21,702 nucleotides of DNA from Myxococcota bacterium. Lineage in GTDB: Bacteria; Myxococcota_A; SURF-8; G963663525. Position numbers and translations under genes: made by a program. A model generated the notes under the pieces. It saw only the letters and a list, made by a program, of their open reading frames with translations, had not been told where the DNA came from and ran no database searches. Positions 17,116 through 21,702 of the stretch are shown here, in pieces; position 1 is the stretch's first letter; every line of letters starts with the position of its first letter. The stretch lies in the NCBI GenBank assembly GCA_963676915.2, contig CAXXVK010000061.1:1-21702 (forward strand). The letters run 5' to 3'.

Positions 17116-17810
17116 TTCAGCTCCAGTCCGTCGGTAGAAGGAGGAAACAGCAGGTCGCAATAGTGGAATCTATGGTCCCGCAAAATCATTTCACCGCATT
17201 GGACGTTCAAAGGCTGCTGAAAAATGGGTCCATCGGTTACAAAACTGTGAAATTCTCCGTTTTCTCCGCAAGGATCGGCATTTTTCGGCAGATCCCGAAG
17301 CAAGCTTCGGTCGTACAAACGACCGGAGAACGCAGCGTCGATTTGTTCGGTATCCACGCAGGAAAGTCGGGCTTTGAATCCGGCGTCGATGAAGTCTTCG
17401 GCCAGACGATCGCTGTCGATTCCCCAAAGTGGGAAACACGGGGTAAGACCGGAGCCTCGGAGTTGATTTATCCTGTACTTTCGGACATCTTCGAGAAAGA
17501 TATCTCCAAAAACCGCCGTCGTGAATCCCTGTTGAACAAGGTTGTCCGTGGCTTGTTTCATGGCGGCTTCGTACGAATCGTTGTCTCCTTTGGCGGGAAT
17601 TTCCACGACGACGAGCGGCAGACCGATGGACTGGGCCTGAGCTTCGAGCAGTTCCCGGCGAACACCGTGCATACTGATGCGGTCGTATTCGCGGGTTACG
17701 GTCGTTAACAGAGCTTCCACGCGCAAATCTCCCTTCAGGCGTAGACGGTGGAGTGCGTGTGCGCTATCCTTACCCCCGCTCCAGGCCAGAAAGGCTTTTT
17801 CGACTGTCAT
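17112..17810 (-). CDS. MJ0570/DUF71 family ATP pyrophosphatase (diphthine-ammonia ligase-like)
   Basis: WSGGKDS PP-loop, RISMHGVR, VFGDIFLED, PLWG, DPCGENGEFHSFVTDGPIF; likely start MTVEK at 17810. Confidence 0.92.
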   Translation of the reverse strand: MTVEKAFLAWSGGKDSAHALHRLRLKGDLRVEALLTTVTREYDRISMHGVRRELLEAQAQSIGLPLVVVEIPAKGDNDSYEAAMKQATDNLVQQGFTTAVFGDIFLEDVRKYRINQLRGSGLTPCFPLWGIDSDRLAEDFIDAGFKARLSCVDTEQIDAAFSGRLYDRSLLRDLPKNADPCGENGEFHSFVTDGPIFQQPLNVQCGEMILRDHRFHYCDLLFPPSTDGLELK

Positions 17811-17838
17811 AAAACCGTTTTTCCTTTTCTTTTGTCTT

Positions 17839-19344
17839 CTACTGCAGATGAGGCTGATACTCACGGGCCTGTTCATCCTCGATTTCGGTCCGTTCGTGGC
17901 TTGTACCGTCGAAGCTGAAAATCATCCACTTGTCCCCGACGCGAGTCATTAAGTTGACCGGGCGTCCCCAGATGGCCGAGCCGTTTTCCAAGGTCGCTGC
18001 GGCGAAATCCAGTTTCAGATCCACGCCTTCGTGCTGGTGTTTAAGCAGCAGTTCACCCCGGTTTTTGAAATTGCCATCTACCGCATAAATAAACGGTTGG
18101 CCGGCGTTGGTCAACTGATAGAGCAGTTTCTGCTTGATTTCCTCGAATTCCCTGCTGGCGATTTCCCAACGACTTCGGGAATCGTTGTAGCCGAAGGTGA
18201 ACATTTTCTGTTCTTTGGCGAACTCGGGAGTAAGAAATTCGTCGATAAACGTAACGTCGTTGTGCAGCATCCGAACCTGGAAAATTTTCTCCCGACCCAG
18301 GCCAAGTTGACGATCCCAGTTGAGTTTTTCGGTCAGGTTGTCGCAGTTTTCGTATTCTTCTCCAAATCGACCTTGGTTCCAGCGTTCCTCGATGTGGCGG
18401 AACAGTTCGACTCCGATCTTGTACGGATTCAACTGGCCTTGTCCCATGGCGACCACACCCGAGTATGTCTTTGCATAGTCGATGATTTCGGCGCTGGTAG
18501 CGCTTTTTTCTGTCATGATTTTCGAATGCCAGTAGGTGGCCCAGCCTTCGTTCATGATTTTCGTCTGCCACTGCGGGGCGAAGTAATAGGCTTCTTCCCG
18601 AATGATTCCAAGGACATCCTGCTGCCACTCTTTCAAGTTTGCGTGTTGCTGCATAAAGCCCAGGACATCGCGCACCGGTTCCGGCGGGAATCGAGATTCT
18701 TTCAGCTTTTCATCGTCGATTTTTTTCTGCTGGCGATCCATGAACTCTTTCGGATTGATATACCGGTCCATGTACTTTTTCGCCTTGATCCGTGGCAATT
18801 CCTGAGGAGGGATATCCTTGTCACGCGGTTTGGCTTGCCTGCGGATGAACGGGGCGTGGGGGTCGATCAGGTTGTCCAGACTCAAGCAGCGGTCGATGAA
18901 GCTTTCCACAGCTTCGACGCCGTATTTATCGATGTATTTTCGGACCCTTACGGCATGGTTGGCCATGTCGTCGATCATTTTTCGGTTGGTCTTGCTAAAC
19001 GACAGGTTGTTTTTGAAAAAATCGCAGTGGGCGTACACGTGGCCGATGACGGTTTTCTGATCCACGATGGGATTGGAAGACAGCAGGTACGCATAACAGG
19101 GATCGTTGTTGATCACCATTTCGTAAATGCGCTGCATTCCATAGGAATATCCCTTGACCAGCTTGTCGTACTCCATTCCGAAGCGCCAGTGAGGATAGCG
19201 GGTGGGAAATCCGCCCCGTGCGGCGACTTCGCAAATCTGCTCCCAGTTGAGCACTTCGAAAATCGTTTCAAAGAAATCCAGCCCGTATCCTTTGGCGATT
19301 TCTTCGATGCTTAGTTTGTATTCTTGAAGTTCGGGGGTCAGCAT
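17839..19344 (-). CDS. spoVR: SpoVR family protein (YcgB-like)
   Basis: [66 protein letters not shown]; AAGGGAG SD. Confidence 0.95.
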   Translation of the reverse strand: MLTPELQEYKLSIEEIAKGYGLDFFETIFEVLNWEQICEVAARGGFPTRYPHWRFGMEYDKLVKGYSYGMQRIYEMVINNDPCYAYLLSSNPIVDQKTVIGHVYAHCDFFKNNLSFSKTNRKMIDDMANHAVRVRKYIDKYGVEAVESFIDRCLSLDNLIDPHAPFIRRQAKPRDKDIPPQELPRIKAKKYMDRYINPKEFMDRQQKKIDDEKLKESRFPPEPVRDVLGFMQQHANLKEWQQDVLGIIREEAYYFAPQWQTKIMNEGWATYWHSKIMTEKSATSAEIIDYAKTYSGVVAMGQGQLNPYKIGVELFRHIEERWNQGRFGEEYENCDNLTEKLNWDRQLGLGREKIFQVRMLHNDVTFIDEFLTPEFAKEQKMFTFGYNDSRSRWEIASREFEEIKQKLLYQLTNAGQPFIYAVDGNFKNRGELLLKHQHEGVDLKLDFAAATLENGSAIWGRPVNLMTRVGDKWMIFSFDGTSHERTEIEDEQAREYQPHLQ

Positions 19345-19388
19345 GTCGGTGGCTCCCTTCGCCGTATGTATTTCGAGTTCCTTCTACT

Positions 19389-19427
19389 AGTGTACTCGCG
19401 TTTGGTCGGGAAGGCAATCGCTTGGGA
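19389..19427 (-). promoter_or_regulatory. 39-bp direct repeat copy A, sigma70 promoter-like, upstream of spoVR
   Basis: Minus strand TCCCAAGCGA-TTGCCT-N17-TACACT; identical to 20635-20673. Confidence 0.7.
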
Positions 19428-19434
19428 CATTATG

Positions 19435-19464
19435 AATCTTTCCATTTCTTGACGCGGAAAGATT
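19435..19464. terminator. 9-bp inverted repeat, possible terminator of the methyltransferase gene or an operator
   Basis: AATCTTTCC-N12-GGAAAGATT between the methyltransferase stop and promoter copy A. Confidence 0.35.
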
Positions 19465-19561
19465 GGAAATCATCTTCTTGTTTTCAACGCAATAAGGAGC
19501 TTTTATTCGTTTATTGAAATTGTTGTGGTTGTATGGGGTGGAATGTATTTCGAGGGAATTT

Positions 19562-20335
19562 TTATTTCTTCCTGGCCAGAAAAACCGGTCTGTTTCCGAG
19601 CAAGTGACGATGGCGTAAGGCTTCATTGTCCATGATTTCCAAGGTCATTCCTTCTTGTTCCACCCAATCCGAAAGATTTTCTCCAAAATCCGTGAAGACG
19701 AAACATTTTGAAGCCGATTCCGGGTCCCAATGGTACGCTGAAGGAGCGTGTTGAATCAATTCTCCGTCAATGATCTCTGCTCTGGTGAAGGTTTTTTGGG
19801 AATTATTGTAGGGGATGGTGAAAAGGTGGAATCCACCGGGACGAAGCACTCTGGATATTTCCGCCAGGGCTTTTTTAGGTTCCGGGATATGCTCCAATAC
19901 ATCCTCTGAAATAACCACGTCGAAGTGATTATCGGGGAAATCGATGTGTTGAAGATCTACAAAAGTCAATCCTTCCGGTGCAGGCTGGGAGCGATCGGTG
20001 CTGAAATAGCCTTTGACCCAGTTGTTCGAGTTTCCCGCAAATCGGGATAGGGAACCTTTGCCGGCACTATCCAACACCTTGAGGTGAGATAAGTCTAGTG
20101 TGGCTGCCTTGATGGAATCGGTATTACCAAGACCCTGCAGGTTCAGCAAATGTCTGGCGAGTAAGCGTTGTCTGGAAACGCTGCGGCACGTGAAGCACAT
20201 CAGCATTTCTTTCGGGTTATTCGAATCGAATGCGTAGAATAGAAAGATATTCCCACAAATCGTACAGCGTCCAGTCTTGTGAAAGCCAATATTCCGAACC
20301 GCGTTGAAAACGTGTCCGATCCATTTTCCAAGCAT
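19562..20335 (-). CDS. Class I SAM-dependent methyltransferase with N-terminal CxxC..CxxC motif
   Basis: CTICG..CFTCRSVSRQR; VDLQHIDFPDNHFDVVISEDVLEHIP..EISRVLRPGG..FTIP. Confidence 0.88.
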   Translation of the reverse strand: MLGKWIGHVFNAVRNIGFHKTGRCTICGNIFLFYAFDSNNPKEMLMCFTCRSVSRQRLLARHLLNLQGLGNTDSIKAATLDLSHLKVLDSAGKGSLSRFAGNSNNWVKGYFSTDRSQPAPEGLTFVDLQHIDFPDNHFDVVISEDVLEHIPEPKKALAEISRVLRPGGFHLFTIPYNNSQKTFTRAEIIDGELIQHAPSAYHWDPESASKCFVFTDFGENLSDWVEQEGMTLEIMDNEALRHRHLLGNRPVFLARKK

Positions 20336-20420
20336 TTATGTTTTCGCCTTTCAAATGCAGTATTTCTCTGTTGAATTATACTCTTCAGCAACCAAGGCGC
20401 TAAGTGACATACTGGGCTAG

Positions 20421-20595
20421 CCCGCATAATTCATGAAGAATCACCTACGACTTGAAAACTATTGATATTTCACTTATTTCCCGATTTTTTATACTCAACA
20501 ATCTGTCAAGGTTGCTTCCGTTAAAAAATCGCTCCAACTTCGTGAAAGATCTTCGGTTTTCGGCGTCTCGCAACGATTCTCATGAATAATGCGGG
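20421..20595. mobile_element. 175-bp MITE flanked by CTAG, probably derived from the IS1380 family
   Basis: Ends CCCGCATAATTCATGA(A)GAATC and GATTCTCATGAATAATGCGGG are inverted repeats (1 mismatch, 1 indel); CTAG at 20417-20420 and 20596-20599; no transposase ORF. Confidence 0.75.
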
Positions 20596-20634
20596 CTAGT
20601 CGCTTTTGGCATTTTGCGGTGCCCCTAGGGATAC

Positions 20635-20673
20635 AGTGTACTCGCGTTTGGTCGGGAAGGCAATCGCTTGGGA
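20635..20673 (-). promoter_or_regulatory. 39-bp direct repeat copy B, sigma70 promoter-like, upstream of the methyltransferase
   Basis: AGTGTACTCGCGTTTGGTCGGGAAGGCAATCGCTTGGGA, identical to 19389-19427. Confidence 0.7.
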
Positions 20674-20888
20674 GGGGGTAGAAGGTGCAAAATACCGTTT
20701 CAAGCAATGAACAGTCGGAATACTGAGTTTTGTTTCTCCCCAAGTTGGTGTATACTTTCATCCATCATCTGAAAACCAACGATGAAATTGGGACTCGAAG
20801 GGCTTGGATATGATGCACAGAGGCCACGGTGCAGGTCTGTTTGACGTTGAACCGAATCTGAAGTTCTGTGGACTTGGAGGCGAACCGT

Positions 20889-21656
20889 ATGAAGCAAATC
20901 GAATCGAACATCTTGTTTTTACTGGGAGTTTTGGCGATTGTCTTCACCCAACCCCAATGCAACCCAACCTATTCGCCACCCGTTCGTGGATTGATGGGCA
21001 GCGCTCCGGCTCGTTTCGAACAAGGAGATCTGGAATTGGATGGTGGAATGGCTATGGTGGCGCTAGGTGGAGGCTTACGCTATGCACCGTCGGATTGGCT
21101 GTTGTTTGAAACAGGGGCATCGTTGGCAGGTGGCACCATGGGGTATGCAGGCCCCCGTTTTTCTCTCTGGCCCGTTACCAAACAGGATCACGATATTAAA
21201 ATGTTGGCCGAAGTGGAAATGGGTTTCGGCTTGGGGGCGGGAGGTGAGTACTGCGGCAACAATCCCAACAGCAGTGAATATGGTGATGATTGCGATGGTC
21301 CAGGCCAAAGCACATGGGAGTTGGACGATCCTCAAAAGGCGCAGAAGCCCTCGTGGAAACGGTTCGCATATGGCGGATATGGCGGACTTGGATTGGGAAT
21401 AGGAATTCACGATTGGGTGGATTTATTTATGAAAGCGCGTATTCAAGAGACGAAAGCCGAGGGAATCCCTCCCACGTTGTGGGCTTCTTTTGGGGTTGGA
21501 ATACAGGTCAATATTTACAAAGCATTGAAATTGTACCTTTATCCGATTCAGAAACACCGCTATTGGAATCGGCTCGATGGCGAGTCGTCGATTTCAAGTG
21601 AAATGGGTATTGGATTCAATTTCAACCTCCTCCAATCTCCTCGATTGCCAATGTGA
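20889..21656 (+). CDS. Hypothetical exported protein, probable outer-membrane beta-barrel
   Basis: GGAGG SD at 20876-20880; N-terminal hydrophobic signal; Gly-rich amphipathic strands (LGGGLRY, EMGFGLG, YGGLGLGI, FGVGIQVN, MGIGFNF). Confidence 0.65.
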   Translation: MKQIESNILFLLGVLAIVFTQPQCNPTYSPPVRGLMGSAPARFEQGDLELDGGMAMVALGGGLRYAPSDWLLFETGASLAGGTMGYAGPRFSLWPVTKQDHDIKMLAEVEMGFGLGAGGEYCGNNPNSSEYGDDCDGPGQSTWELDDPQKAQKPSWKRFAYGGYGGLGLGIGIHDWVDLFMKARIQETKAEGIPPTLWASFGVGIQVNIYKALKLYLYPIQKHRYWNRLDGESSISSEMGIGFNFNLLQSPRLPM

Positions 21657-21702
21657 CCGAAACGCGAAAAACCCGACAGCGACATAAGCGTTTTTTTTAC
21701 AA

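Noticed and set aside
15952-19314. Long plus-strand ORFs (370, 298 and 427 aa)
   Set aside because: Antisense to well-supported genes; no recognisable domains.
19387-19626. ORFs 19387..19626 and 20495..20761 sharing PSDCLPDQTRVH
   Set aside because: The shared peptide is the translation of the 39-bp DNA repeat, which is better explained as a promoter.
21660-21698. Terminator after the last gene
   Set aside because: A T-tract is present, but the stem (AAACGC/GCGTTT) is short with a loop over 20 nt.

Overview
Bacterial window with Deltaproteobacteria/Myxococcota-like gene content (inferred). From left to right: a truncated LolA-like gene; a divergent extended-SDR gene (frameshifted at a U_UUA_AAG heptamer) paired with a steroid 5-alpha-reductase; a zinc-ribbon/double-FHA protein; a four-gene membrane operon (two paralogous multi-TM spermidine-synthase-fold proteins flanking a GT-C glycosyltransferase and an MBOAT; the second paralog has a G9 tract in its cofactor-binding motif); ffh-rpsP-khpA; an AT-rich Cys-rich lipoprotein gene bracketed by two 160-bp REP-doublet elements that overlap its stop codon and match its start region; a beta-helix-like lipoprotein, a DUF71/MJ0570 ATPase and spoVR; a methyltransferase bracketed by a perfect 39-bp direct repeat that reads as a sigma70 promoter, with a CTAG-flanked 175-bp MITE inside; and a putative outer-membrane protein. 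No rRNA, tRNA or CRISPR array was recognised. All calls are by eye, without database searches.
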